From: Candidatus Levyibacteriota bacterium | GTDB lineage: Bacteria; Patescibacteriota; Microgenomatia; Levybacterales; UBA12049 | Direction: 5' to 3' | Assembly: GCA_963790825.1 (NCBI GenBank) | Contig: CAWBPM010000004.1 | Span: 158,987-222,986, forward strand | DNA: 64,000 nucleotides | Part shown: positions 25,833 to 36,189 of the stretch, in pieces | Position numbering within the stretch: the first letter of the stretch is position 1 | Layout: the number at the start of each line of letters is the position of its first letter | The notes under the pieces: generated by a model | The model's database searches: none | Told to the model about the DNA's origin: nothing | Seen by the model: only the letters and a program-made list of their open reading frames with translations | Position numbers and translations under genes: made by a program

Positions 25833-27104
25833 ATGTTATGGAAGGATAAATCTTTATCTGTAGGTTTTTTTCTCGCATTTCGTGAGATCCGGCGCACCAA
25901 CCCCGCAACAACTCTCCTTATTATCTTTGTAATGACGCTCACGTTTTTCAATATGAATCTAATTGGCGGCGTTTTAATCGGTATTGCACACGGGTTGGTT
26001 GGATCATATAAAGAATATTACTCAAGTGATATTCTCATTACTCCTGCAACCCAGAAAAACGACATAGAAGATACCGATACTGATATGGATGTTATACAGA
26101 ATCTTCCTACCTTTCAAGCTGCGACGATTCGTTATACTGCCCCGGCTCTTGTTGAATACGGCTATGAAAATAAATTACGATCATCCGATCTTGCCGAAAG
26201 TTCTGAAGGCGTACTGACCGGTATAGATCCGGTGCAGGAAGACAAAACGACTCACTTGTCGCATATTCTTGTTGCCGGTTCATATCTGAGCGAATCAGAT
26301 GTCAATGAAGTACTTATTGGCGCTAGCCTCACCAAAAAATATGCCTCCCTAAGAGGTTCTGTTCTCGGTCTCGGTACTAAGATTCTCAAAACGGCCGATG
26401 TGGGGTCAAAAGTCCGTATAACAGTTAACGGCATTCAAAAAGAAGTGTTTATCAAAGGGATTATCTCAACAGACGGAACCAATATTGATAACCGTATCAT
26501 GATGACTAGTACAACGGTGCGGGAATTACTGGGCAATACAAATATGAATGCAAGCGAAATAGCTGTTTTGCTCAAACCAAACTCATCCGAAGAAAATGCC
26601 AAAAAATATCTTATCAAAAATTTAGGAAACGATAATAATATACTGATCCAGACCGCCACTGATGCTCTCCCCGGTGGTGTCTCCGATGTTATAAAAACCT
26701 TTACTATTTTAGGCAATATCGTCGGCGGGATCGCACTTATTGTCGGTGCTATTACTATCTTTATTGTGATTTTTGTTAATGCCGTCACAAGAAGGAAATT
26801 TATAGGTATCTTAAAAGGCATTGGTATTTCTTCCCGCGCGATTGAAATTTCTTATGTTTTCCAGGCGCTATTTTATGCCGTTTCGGGAATCTTGATTGCC
26901 AGCGCATTGGCAAACTGGTTGCTGGTTCCGTATTTTCTCCTGCATCCGATCAATTACCCTATTGCAAAAGGATCACTGGCAATTACCACCTCTGATTTAA
27001 TTCTACGTGGAACGATACTGACCCTAACATCACTCATTTCGGGATATATTCCGGCCTGGCTGGTCACGAAGCAAAATACACTGGATGCTATTTTGGGACG
27101 GTAA
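25833..27104 (+). CDS. ABC transporter permease (FtsX/MacB-like)
   Basis: N-terminal TM, large periplasmic domain, then 3 C-terminal TM helices. Confidence 0.65.
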   Translation: MLWKDKSLSVGFFLAFREIRRTNPATTLLIIFVMTLTFFNMNLIGGVLIGIAHGLVGSYKEYYSSDILITPATQKNDIEDTDTDMDVIQNLPTFQAATIRYTAPALVEYGYENKLRSSDLAESSEGVLTGIDPVQEDKTTHLSHILVAGSYLSESDVNEVLIGASLTKKYASLRGSVLGLGTKILKTADVGSKVRITVNGIQKEVFIKGIISTDGTNIDNRIMMTSTTVRELLGNTNMNASEIAVLLKPNSSEENAKKYLIKNLGNDNNILIQTATDALPGGVSDVIKTFTILGNIVGGIALIVGAITIFIVIFVNAVTRRKFIGILKGIGISSRAIEISYVFQALFYAVSGILIASALANWLLVPYFLLHPINYPIAKGSLAITTSDLILRGTILTLTSLISGYIPAWLVTKQNTLDAILGR

Positions 27105-27109
27105 AATTT

Positions 27110-27799
27110 ATGATTAAAGTTAAAAACCTAGTTAAGAAGTTTCATATGGGGGATACAGAGCTTGTAGCGCTGAAAAATATAAGCTTTGATGTTCCCAGCA
27201 GACAATTTCTGGCAATAACGGGCAAGTCCGGAGCCGGCAAAAGTACCTTACTGTATAATATCAGCCTTTTGGATAAACCAAACGAAGGAGAAATTATTAT
27301 TGACGGTGATAATATTTCCGATCTTGATGACAAATTGAGAGTTGTTTATCGGCGGAATAATTTCGGATTTGTTTTTCAGGAATACGCGCTTCTTCCGATG
27401 CTTACTGCTGTTGAAAATGTTTCCTTATTGATGCTTATGCAGGGAGTAGACAAAAAAACTGCGACGCAAAGAGCCATGGATGCGCTCGCAAAAGCCGATT
27501 TACCGAATAAACCTCATAATTTACCCAGCCAGTTATCGGGTGGTGAACAGCAGCGGGTTGCAATTGCCCGCGCCATTGCTCACAATCCAAAGATACTCTT
27601 TGCGGATGAACCGACGGCCAATTTAGATACCGAATCCTCAAAACATGTACTTGATACATTTATAAAACTAAATAATACTGGATTAACAATTATTATGGTT
27701 ACTCATGAACTTGAATATGCAAGATTGGCAGACCGTAATATTGAACTAAGGGACGGTGCGATAATTAGAGATAAAATGCAGAAATATCGCGGAAAATAA
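27110..27799 (+). CDS. ABC transporter ATP-binding protein (MacB/LolD-type)
   Basis: Walker A GKSGAGKST, signature LSGGEQQRVAIARA, Walker B ILFADEPT. Confidence 0.85.
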   Translation: MIKVKNLVKKFHMGDTELVALKNISFDVPSRQFLAITGKSGAGKSTLLYNISLLDKPNEGEIIIDGDNISDLDDKLRVVYRRNNFGFVFQEYALLPMLTAVENVSLLMLMQGVDKKTATQRAMDALAKADLPNKPHNLPSQLSGGEQQRVAIARAIAHNPKILFADEPTANLDTESSKHVLDTFIKLNNTGLTIIMVTHELEYARLADRNIELRDGAIIRDKMQKYRGK

Positions 27800-27806
27800 A
27801 AAATGG

Positions 27807-28868
27807 CTACTTAAGATACTTATGTAAAAAGGATAATGCTTGAACTATGGCCTCGGAAGTATCAGGCGATAGGTTATGATCAGCTTCTAAGTATTCGTGA
27901 AAATCTACTGTTTTTCCAGCACTTTGTAGTTCGTCTCTCAGGGAGGTTGAAAAACTTGGGGGAACATCTTCGTCTTCAGTTCCAACTTGGATTTGTACAG
28001 GAGCAGTAATGTCAGAAATATAAGTAGTTGGGTCAATTGTCTGCCAAAATGTAGGATTGGTTTGTGGTGTCCCGTGCAACTCAGTAAACTGTTTTACCAA
28101 CAGTGCTGTTTCCTGATCGTTTTGTGTCGTTAAAACTCCTGTCGCAACACGTGTATTCCACCACTTAAGAATGTCTGTGTAGCTGCCAACTACTCCCGAT
28201 AAGATAACAGCTGCTTTTATATCTTTTGAAATAACGAGTTCATGGATGGTTATATTTCCTCCCATGGAATGTCCTAACACCCCAATTTTATTCGGATCTG
28301 CATCCTTATATTTTTTTACTGATGCAAGAGCATTCAAGCTATCTGTCACATAATCTGGAGAAACATAGATTTGCGATGCTTTACCTTGTGAATTTCCATT
28401 TCCACGGTAATCTGGTTTAAATACAATATATCCGGCAGAAGCTATGGGATTAGCTAAAACGTCGTAGCTGCTTTCAGTAGAGTACTGACTTGGAGGTATA
28501 TACCCATGATTAAAAAGAATGATTGGCCACCCGCCAAATGGTTTTTGACCTATGGGTACAGTTAGCAAACCATATATTTTTAATCCATCTGATAGATATG
28601 AAACAAGAAAACGATTGTAATTTACACCAGAAGTTAATGTTTGTTCGATTATTATATCGCTTCCTGGGTATGATTTTTGTCTCATTGCAGCAATTGCAAG
28701 CGGGAAATTATTATTATTTTGTATTGATTGAGAAGGCATAGCTGTTGCTTGGATTGCCATAGTTTCTGTTATAGTTGCAACCTTCCGATTTTGTGAATGT
28801 ATAAAAAATAGAATCCCAGCTGTTAGCATACTGACAAAAATAATAAGAAATATAAAAACCTTTTTCAT
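27807..28868 (-). CDS. secreted alpha/beta hydrolase (S9 peptidase/esterase-like)
   Basis: Signal peptide, GHSMGG nucleophile elbow. Confidence 0.6.
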   Translation of the reverse strand: MKKVFIFLIIFVSMLTAGILFFIHSQNRKVATITETMAIQATAMPSQSIQNNNNFPLAIAAMRQKSYPGSDIIIEQTLTSGVNYNRFLVSYLSDGLKIYGLLTVPIGQKPFGGWPIILFNHGYIPPSQYSTESSYDVLANPIASAGYIVFKPDYRGNGNSQGKASQIYVSPDYVTDSLNALASVKKYKDADPNKIGVLGHSMGGNITIHELVISKDIKAAVILSGVVGSYTDILKWWNTRVATGVLTTQNDQETALLVKQFTELHGTPQTNPTFWQTIDPTTYISDITAPVQIQVGTEDEDVPPSFSTSLRDELQSAGKTVDFHEYLEADHNLSPDTSEAIVQALSFLHKYLK

Positions 28869-29135
28869 ACGATGTATTCTACAATACCAATAATAAAAGA
28901 CGGTAAGAGAAGTAAGTATTCTCTAAAAACAGAAAAACTAAATTTCTTCTGCCTTGAGCAGGATGATATCGAATAACGTACAGCCTTCGGAAAACAGTAG
29001 TGAATTGTGGGGTAAATCAATAAACTAAATCTGAAACTCTGGAGATATGTCTGGGATATAGAAATACTCATCTTGTCGTTGAAATAATGGCTTAAAGTTA
29101 TTCGCGATGCGAAGCCGTATATTTTAGTCTCAAAA

Positions 29136-29450
29136 TTGTCCTCAAATGATATAATAGTTCTGATGAAAGTTTTAAAGAATAAGATAGTTTTGCTGACCAT
29201 ATTTTTAATAGGTTTATTGCTTTTTGTTTTTGCAATAAATCAATTTTTTCTTTTAAGAAAAGCGCATAGCACATTCGAAAACTATTACACTTTTAGAGGA
29301 TGCACACAAATACTTAAAAGAACACAGGATTATGGAATTTGTAAAATAAATACTGGCCAAACTATTAAAATTGTAAAATTTCAAGGCAAGTGGTATCTGG
29401 ATGGAGATTTGCCATGGGCATGTTTAGGCAGAATTTGCTTTGGCATATAA
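29136..29450 (+). CDS. small membrane protein, hypothetical
   Basis: One TM helix and a Cys-containing C-terminus. Confidence 0.3.
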   Translation: MSSNDIIVLMKVLKNKIVLLTIFLIGLLLFVFAINQFFLLRKAHSTFENYYTFRGCTQILKRTQDYGICKINTGQTIKIVKFQGKWYLDGDLPWACLGRICFGI

Positions 29451-29567
29451 ATTAATTATATAAGATTAATTTATATAGATTATTTCGTTATCTTGATCTC
29501 TTTGGTAACATAATTTTTATTCTTTGGGTTACCTAACTGCTTTATCTCAATAAATAGGCTCTAACAT

Positions 29568-30323
29568 CTATGGATATTTAATATCTTTGTGGGTGATTGT
29601 TAGGTAAACAACAAAGATGATTATCAAAATTGTTAAGACCAGACTTACCGTTGTATCTCCTAGGCCAAGACCACCCAGAATTGGTTTTCCAAAATAATCT
29701 GCAAAGGACGCGCCGAAAGGACGTGTTATAACATATGCAAACCAGAATGAAAAAATCTCTTTCCAACCCAATTTCCAGTAAGCAAAACCTGGTATTAAAA
29801 ATAACACCGCAAACAATATTCCGGAAAGTAAATACCCCAACCCGAGGGTTGCCGCTGTCATGTCACCTGCAGCTGTTCCAAGAGCAAAAGTAATCATAAC
29901 TGTTGCCCAGTAAAATAGTTCACGACGCGTTGTGTTAATACTGTGAATAGAAAGAGTTTTCTCAAATCTGTACCAGGTAATAAATATAACTGCAAGGAAT
30001 ATGGAAAAGAATGCTGTTGATACAATATACGGAATGCCTAGCGCTACATGCAAAACGTCTGCGGCCATTGTTCCAAAGATTGCTACCATTACAACAGTCA
30101 GCCAATAAACCCAAGCAATATATTTTTTTACCCAAAACTGAAGCATTAAAGAAATTGCTAAACCAATTCCTCCAAGGGTAACAGCGACATATGGATTAAT
30201 GTGAAATACAAGGTAGTCCGAGGTTGATTCGCCCATTGCGGTAGTCAGCAGTTTGATAATCCAGAAGTATACGGTGATTTCGGGAACCTTTCTGGCTATA
30301 TATTTAGCATTAATTTTTAACAT
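29568..30323 (-). CDS. integral membrane protein, hypothetical (6-7 TM)
   Basis: Repeated hydrophobic segments throughout. Confidence 0.45.
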   Translation of the reverse strand: MLKINAKYIARKVPEITVYFWIIKLLTTAMGESTSDYLVFHINPYVAVTLGGIGLAISLMLQFWVKKYIAWVYWLTVVMVAIFGTMAADVLHVALGIPYIVSTAFFSIFLAVIFITWYRFEKTLSIHSINTTRRELFYWATVMITFALGTAAGDMTAATLGLGYLLSGILFAVLFLIPGFAYWKLGWKEIFSFWFAYVITRPFGASFADYFGKPILGGLGLGDTTVSLVLTILIIIFVVYLTITHKDIKYP

Positions 30324-30636
30324 AATTACTAGTTTAAGAGATTAGGGTTAAAAATCCAATAGGTTCAGTTCTGACATTGTTCATTCCACGGAGCCCATGT
30401 CAGTCAATAGGAGAATTCTAAGAATATCGGTTCATATGTGTCTTCCGTCTTCAGAAAATGCGTTCGAAGTGAGTAAACGTTGAGAAAGTTTAATGCCTTA
30501 AATAATAGTTCCGCACATATCTAACCCGATTTGATCAGAGTCAACCAGAGGAACTTTATTTTTTAGCCTCAGATAACTACATCAAACTACCTAATCCGGA
30601 ATAGGATTCGGACCTGGTATAATATAAATAAAGGAG

Positions 30637-30921
30637 GTGAATAATATAGACACAACACAACCACAAGGACCATTTTGTCAAAGCTGTGGTATGCCGATGA
30701 TGAAACCGGAAGATTTTGCTACAAATGCGGATGGCAGTAAAAATGAAGAGTATTGCAATTATTGTTTCCAAAAGGGTAATTTTACCTGGCCGAATGCAAC
30801 TCTTAATCAAATGATTGAAAAAATAGTTTCAATGCATGGCCAGATGGGGACGACCGAAGAAGAGGCAAGAAAAATGGCAAATGAAAATTTGCCGAAGCTC
30901 AAAAGATGGAAAGCCCAGTAA
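30637..30921 (+). CDS. putative zinc-ribbon-domain protein
   Basis: CQSCGMPM...CNYCF Cys pairs at the N-terminus; strong GGAGGTG RBS. Confidence 0.5.
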   Translation: MNNIDTTQPQGPFCQSCGMPMMKPEDFATNADGSKNEEYCNYCFQKGNFTWPNATLNQMIEKIVSMHGQMGTTEEEARKMANENLPKLKRWKAQ

Positions 30922-30947
30922 ATGTTTGATATTATTACAGTAATTGA

Positions 30948-31361
30948 TTGGAGGTGATAAAAATGAAAGGATTTACATCCGATATTGAAACAGCTACAAG
31001 AGCAAATGCTAATTTCCGTAAAGTACTTTATACCGCGAAGCACAGTCAACTGGTGCTAATGAGTCTTTTGCCAAATGAAGAAATTGGAATGGAGGTGCAT
31101 CCGGATAATGACCAGTTTTTCCGCTTTGAGGAGGGATCGGGCAAATGTATCATCGACGGAAACGAATATGCGGTTAAGGACGGAGATGTTGTCATTGTAC
31201 CGGCTGGAGCTAATCATAATGTTATTAATGTGTCCAACACTGAAGATTTGAAGCTTTATACAATTTACAGTCCGGCACATCATAAGGACGGTATTGTTCG
31301 AGCTAGCAAAACTGAAGCCGTACAAAATGAAGCCGAGTTTGACGGGGTGACGACAGAATAA
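30948..31361 (+). CDS. cupin-domain protein
   Basis: G(x)5HxH-like MEVHPDNDQFFRFEEGSG...VVIVPAGANHNVIN cupin motifs. Confidence 0.6.
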   Translation: MEVIKMKGFTSDIETATRANANFRKVLYTAKHSQLVLMSLLPNEEIGMEVHPDNDQFFRFEEGSGKCIIDGNEYAVKDGDVVIVPAGANHNVINVSNTEDLKLYTIYSPAHHKDGIVRASKTEAVQNEAEFDGVTTE

Positions 31362-31452
31362 ATTTTGATTAGACTTAGATTTATAAATTAAAGCCGACAA
31401 AATAGGTTCAAACTTCCTCTGTCACTCGAAGTTCATTTACTTCTTTATTTTT

Positions 31453-31881
31453 TTGCTATATAATATTTTAGTGCTTAAAGGATTTAAACAATTTATATTG
31501 AAGGGTAATGTAGTCGATTTGGCGGTTGGCGTTGTTATTGGAGTAGCGTTTGGCTCAATCGTTACCGCGCTTGTAAAAGATATTATCACACCAATAATTG
31601 GCGCTATTGGAGGAAAACCTGATTTTTCAGCAATTAGCTTCACAATCAACAACAGTAAATTTTTAGTTGGTGATTTTCTTAATGCAGTTATTTCCTTTCT
31701 CATCATTGCGGTAGTTGTCTACTTTTTTGTTGTAATCCCGATGAATAAATTAATAGCGGTAACCAGAAAAGAAAAACCCATAGACCCAACGACTAAAAAA
31801 TGCCCTGAATGCTTGAGTGTTATTCCGCTTGAAGCAAAACGCTGTGCGTTTTGCACGGCAGTCCTCAGTTCTAAAAAATAA
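31453..31881 (+). CDS. mscL: large-conductance mechanosensitive channel MscL with C-terminal CxxC...CxxC zinc-ribbon tail
   Basis: LKGNVVDLAVGVVIGVAFGSIVTALVKDIITPIIG TM1 signature; C-terminal CPECLS...CAFC. Confidence 0.7.
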   Translation: MLYNILVLKGFKQFILKGNVVDLAVGVVIGVAFGSIVTALVKDIITPIIGAIGGKPDFSAISFTINNSKFLVGDFLNAVISFLIIAVVVYFFVVIPMNKLIAVTRKEKPIDPTTKKCPECLSVIPLEAKRCAFCTAVLSSKK

Positions 31882-31904
31882 GATTCATTTAAAAAGATTA
31901 CCTA

Positions 31905-32020
31905 ATTTCTTTTTGTCACCTTTTAATCTCATTACACTTTGTCTTAGTTTCCCTATATAACTTAAGCTTCTGAAGGATTATATTACTTTTGCAGCTACAA
32001 TAATCTCAGGACTGTGGGAC
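31905..32020 (+). repeat. ~115-nt intergenic repeat family, copy D
   Basis: atttctttttgtcacc...ctttgtcttagtttccctatataacttaagcttctgaaggatt.tattacttttgcagctacaataatctcagg. Confidence 0.5.
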
Positions 32021-32139
32021 TAAATAGTATAGCAATAGTTCGAAGATCGACCTGTAGGCGAATAGCTCCCCCGCGCGGGACAGGCAGAATCAATCTTTTA
32101 CTTGACGTTTTTCAGATTTCAGATTATATATGATTTAGT

Positions 32140-32952
32140 GTGTTAATAAAGAAAAAGTATCTGGTTTTTTTGTTGTTTGCCGTATTTTTTGTTTTACCAG
32201 ACAGAGTATCTGCAAATCAAAGCTGTTGCAGCTCGCAAGGCGGAGAATATTTTTGTAATTACAGAACAGGTGAGTTATATTGTAAAAACGGCACCGTGAG
32301 TACGGAGTGCAGCTGTAGCCTCTTAAATACTCCGACACCTATGCTGCCGACCAACACGCCTACCCCGACGTCTTGCCCAGCTCTGTCTTCTTATGATACC
32401 GAGGTGGGAGCATGTAAATGCAATACGGGTTACATTGTGGAGAATAATGAATGCGTCTCTGATTCTCAGTATTGTTGGGCTAAGTACGGTGGAAATGCAA
32501 CCTATGATGCAGATAAAAACAGCTGTAGTTGTCCGCAAGGGTATACGTGGAATAATGAAGGGACAAGTTGTATATCCTTAAACCAACTTTGTAATAACGA
32601 CCTTGGCAGCAAGAGCTATTATAATAACGACGATAATGCGTGTTATTGTTACCAGGGTTATTCAATTCAAAATAATGAGTGTCAACTGATTCCTACACAA
32701 ACATTATCGAATTCACAAGGTACCAGCGAGACAGTTGTAACCAATACACCAATACTTAATCCTACAATTGCAGTGTTAATAATTCCATCTTTAACTTCTA
32801 CAAAGTCTATTGGCAAGAAAATTACTCCTACTCTCACTGTAAAAAGGAACGTACTCGGAGTAAAAAATTATATCACTGTCGGGAAAACACAAAAAAACGG
32901 ATTTACGCAGATTATCAATAGTATTTGGAATTTCATACTCCATTTATTTTAG
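32140..32952 (+). CDS. secreted Cys-rich tandem-repeat protein (EGF-like CxC..GY...NNEC repeats)
   Basis: Signal peptide; repeats CKCNTGYIVENNECVS / CSCPQGYTWNNEGTSCIS / CYCYQGYSIQNNECQL. Confidence 0.55.
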   Translation: MLIKKKYLVFLLFAVFFVLPDRVSANQSCCSSQGGEYFCNYRTGELYCKNGTVSTECSCSLLNTPTPMLPTNTPTPTSCPALSSYDTEVGACKCNTGYIVENNECVSDSQYCWAKYGGNATYDADKNSCSCPQGYTWNNEGTSCISLNQLCNNDLGSKSYYNNDDNACYCYQGYSIQNNECQLIPTQTLSNSQGTSETVVTNTPILNPTIAVLIIPSLTSTKSIGKKITPTLTVKRNVLGVKNYITVGKTQKNGFTQIINSIWNFILHLF

Positions 32953-33060
32953 GTATCTGAATTTGTTATGCAGCCTAGTCTGGTTGCTCGGTAAGCGAAA
33001 CAGTTCTAGGTAGTAGCTGTATTGACTTTGATTTGCAAACTGGTAAGATACTAAGGTCCT

Positions 33061-33492
33061 ATGCACGAGCAATTAATTGATAAGAACATTCTAGGATGGG
33101 AAGACGGAGAAAATAGACCACCCTTTCCATTGGTAGCATTTCATCATATCGTCTTCTCAGGTGGTAAAGTACGCGGTGGAGGATTTTATGACGATAAAAA
33201 CAAGGCGAGACAAGCTCGTGTCGACATCGCACATAACCTCGCATTGCAAGAGATAAGTGCGGGAAGGACTTTTGCATTTGCAAGCTCACAGTTTTATGAA
33301 AATTCTGCTCTAGCTTATCTTCAGGAATTCGCATCCGGAAGAGAAGGAGACGTTTACGAAGTTAAACGCGTAGATAAAATAGTACGTCATATACATGATA
33401 AAACTGACGGGTTTCATGGTTCAATCGATTTAACCACACAATATGTAAACGGGAGTAGTACTATGACTAAACTAGAACCTCGAAGAAGATAA
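33061..33492 (+). CDS. hypothetical protein
   Basis: 143-aa ORF, no recognised motif. Confidence 0.3.
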   Translation: MHEQLIDKNILGWEDGENRPPFPLVAFHHIVFSGGKVRGGGFYDDKNKARQARVDIAHNLALQEISAGRTFAFASSQFYENSALAYLQEFASGREGDVYEVKRVDKIVRHIHDKTDGFHGSIDLTTQYVNGSSTMTKLEPRRR

Positions 33493-34032
33493 CCTTTCAC
33501 TGTTTCTCTTTGTATTTAATTCAAATAATGAACACCACGTGAGATTTGTTGGCAAAAAAGTCCAGATTATAAACAACAATAGATTTGAACGTCGATCGTA
33601 GGCGGATAGCCCCTTATAGAATAAGTGGAGCTAATTCATCTGTTGTTTATTCTCATTGCAAAAGCTTTCTTTTTTGAAATATCAGAAATATAAACATTCC
33701 TAAAAAAGCAGCGCAAAATTAAACATACATATCGCTTTACCCCAGGACTTTAAATGATTCCACAGAAAAGCAGAAAATAGTGTATACTATATATAATATG
33801 TCAAAAAGAAATACGGGAGTCGGGAAAACGAAGAAGTCCCATTCACATAAGACTAAAAAAAGACTTGAAATAAAACGTCAACTACTAGCGCGAATTGCAA
33901 ATAAAAGACATAAATAAAACTTTTTCTCTACAGCAAAAAATTTAGAATTACTGAGGCTCCATGTATTTCCTTCTTGACAAACGCAAGCCAATTGAATATA
34001 CTAATGCAAATTACTTGCATTAGTATATTCGT

Positions 34033-34470
34033 ATGAAAGCAAAAATACAACATAATTATAAAAAAGAATTAAACCAAGCGGAACTTCGGGCAACACCGGC
34101 TCGTATTGCTATTATGCAGCTTCTGGAATCCACGAAAGAACCAGTTGATGCAGCTTCAATTATGGATTATCTGCAAAAAGAAAAGATTGCGACAGATCCG
34201 GCAACCGTTTTTCGGATTATGAATACATTTACCCAAAAAGGCATAACTACCCCTATCCAATTTCAGGAAAGCAAAACCCGTTATGAGCTGGCAAACAAAG
34301 AACATCATCACCATCTTATCTGTGAAAACTGCGGCAGAGTAGAAATAATTGAGGATACGATTATACCTGTTTTTGAAAAACATATTGAAGAAAAACATAA
34401 TTTTACTGTGAAACGTCATTCACTGGAGTTTTTTGGACTATGCAGTAATTGTCAAAAGAAACAAAATTAA
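34033..34470 (+). CDS. zur: Fur-family metal-uptake regulator (likely Zur)
   Basis: Winged-helix N-terminus; HHHHLICENCG...C metal sites; precedes zinc ABC transporter. Confidence 0.75.
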   Translation: MKAKIQHNYKKELNQAELRATPARIAIMQLLESTKEPVDAASIMDYLQKEKIATDPATVFRIMNTFTQKGITTPIQFQESKTRYELANKEHHHHLICENCGRVEIIEDTIIPVFEKHIEEKHNFTVKRHSLEFFGLCSNCQKKQN

Positions 34471-34477
34471 TAATCTT

Positions 34478-35401
34478 ATGAAAAATAAATATCCTTACAT
34501 TGTTATCATCATCCTAGCAGTACTGCTTGCCGGTTATAATTTATACAAAATTGGCAAAACTAATTCCCCAACGCAATCAGAACAAATAAACTCCAATGTA
34601 ATCAACGTAGTAGCCGCAGAAAACTTCTATGGTGATATTGTTAAACAGTTAGGGGAGAGTCATGTCAATGTCTTAAGTATTCTTTCGGATCCGAATACAG
34701 ATCCTCACCAGTACGAATCGGATGTACGAGATGGGATTGCAATTGCAAAAGCGGACATAGTTATTGAAAACGGGGACGGATACGACACATGGATGGATAA
34801 ACTTCTGTCGGCATCTCCAAATAAAACCAGGGTAGTTCTTGTTGGAGCAGGAATTGCGGATCATAAACTACCTGATAATCCTCATGTTTGGTACGGATTT
34901 AATAATGTACGTACAATAGCGGCTAAAATTACCAATGCACTTAAACAGAGAGACCCTGCTTACACTAGCGAGTTTGACAAAAACTTAATCATTTTTGATA
35001 ATTCATTGCAACCGCTTGAACAAAAGATGAGCGATATAAAAGCAAGATATGATGGGACATCGGTTGCATTAACGGAAACCATCTATCTTTATCAAACACA
35101 ACCAGAAGGATTAAATGTATTAACACCATTTGGGTTTGAAAAAGCCATTGCGGAAGGGAATGACCCATCTGCGGATGATGTTGCTAAAGCCAACGATCAA
35201 ATTATAAAAAAACAAGTAAAAGTACTAATCTATAACGAACAAACCATAACACCTATTACAACCAACTTACAAAACGAAGCGAAGCAACAGAATATACCGC
35301 TTGTCCCGGTATGGGAAACCATGCCACAGGGCAAAGATTATCAAAGTTGGATGTTAGGACAGCTTACAAACCTTGAGAATGCGCTGCAATCCGTAAAATA
35401 A
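34478..35401 (+). CDS. znuA: metal (Zn/Mn) ABC transporter substrate-binding protein
   Basis: Signal/TM anchor; ZnuA/TroA-like ENFYGDIVKQLG...DPHQYE...ENGDGYDTWMDKL. Confidence 0.75.
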   Translation: MKNKYPYIVIIILAVLLAGYNLYKIGKTNSPTQSEQINSNVINVVAAENFYGDIVKQLGESHVNVLSILSDPNTDPHQYESDVRDGIAIAKADIVIENGDGYDTWMDKLLSASPNKTRVVLVGAGIADHKLPDNPHVWYGFNNVRTIAAKITNALKQRDPAYTSEFDKNLIIFDNSLQPLEQKMSDIKARYDGTSVALTETIYLYQTQPEGLNVLTPFGFEKAIAEGNDPSADDVAKANDQIIKKQVKVLIYNEQTITPITTNLQNEAKQQNIPLVPVWETMPQGKDYQSWMLGQLTNLENALQSVK

Positions 35402-35403
35402 GA

Positions 35404-36183
35404 ATGAATAATGTATCTACACTACCCATCATTCAAATAGAAAATCTCCATATGCAGCTTGGAGGCAGAATGATTTTGGAGAATATAAGTATAACGATAA
35501 ATGAGGGCGAATTTATTGCTATTCTCGGTCCTAACGGGGCTGGAAAAAGCACACTTCTTAAATTACTGCTTGGATTATATAAACCCACATCGGGAAAAAT
35601 ACTAATTCTCGGTAAGCAAGCAAAGCGGGGAAATAACGAAATAGGCTACGCGCCGCAACGCAGAACGCTTGAGGCAGACCTCGCACTCAGGGCCCGAGAT
35701 GTTGTCGGATTTGGTCTCGATGGAAATAAATGGGGTATCGGACTTCCCAATGTTAAGAGAACGAAAAAAATAAATAATGCTCTGGAGGAAGTGGATATGC
35801 TTCGTCTTTCAGATATGCCGGTTGGAAAACTTTCAGGAGGAGAGCAACAGCGACTATTGATTGCTCAGGCATTATTAACAAACCCGAAGATACTTTTTCT
35901 TGATGAACCATTATCAAACTTAGATATTTCGCACTCTCAGGCAATAGTCTCTCTTCTGACAAAAATTGCTAAGAGTAGAAATATTACTATCCTTTTAGTA
36001 ACCCATGATGTCAATCCATTATTATCAGCCATTAACCGTGTCGTTTATATTGCAAACGGGCATGCCGCCATTGGCAAACCTGAGGATGTCATTACTACCA
36101 AACAATTATCAGAACTTTATAATTCATCTGTTGAAGTAGTAAATTCGAAAGGACGATTATTTGTTGTAGGTGAAGATAAATAA
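35404..36183 (+). CDS. znuC: metal ABC transporter ATP-binding protein
   Basis: GPNGAGKST, LSGGEQQRLLIAQAL, ILFLDEP. Confidence 0.8.
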   Translation: MNNVSTLPIIQIENLHMQLGGRMILENISITINEGEFIAILGPNGAGKSTLLKLLLGLYKPTSGKILILGKQAKRGNNEIGYAPQRRTLEADLALRARDVVGFGLDGNKWGIGLPNVKRTKKINNALEEVDMLRLSDMPVGKLSGGEQQRLLIAQALLTNPKILFLDEPLSNLDISHSQAIVSLLTKIAKSRNITILLVTHDVNPLLSAINRVVYIANGHAAIGKPEDVITTKQLSELYNSSVEVVNSKGRLFVVGEDK

Positions 36184-36189
36184 TTTCTT

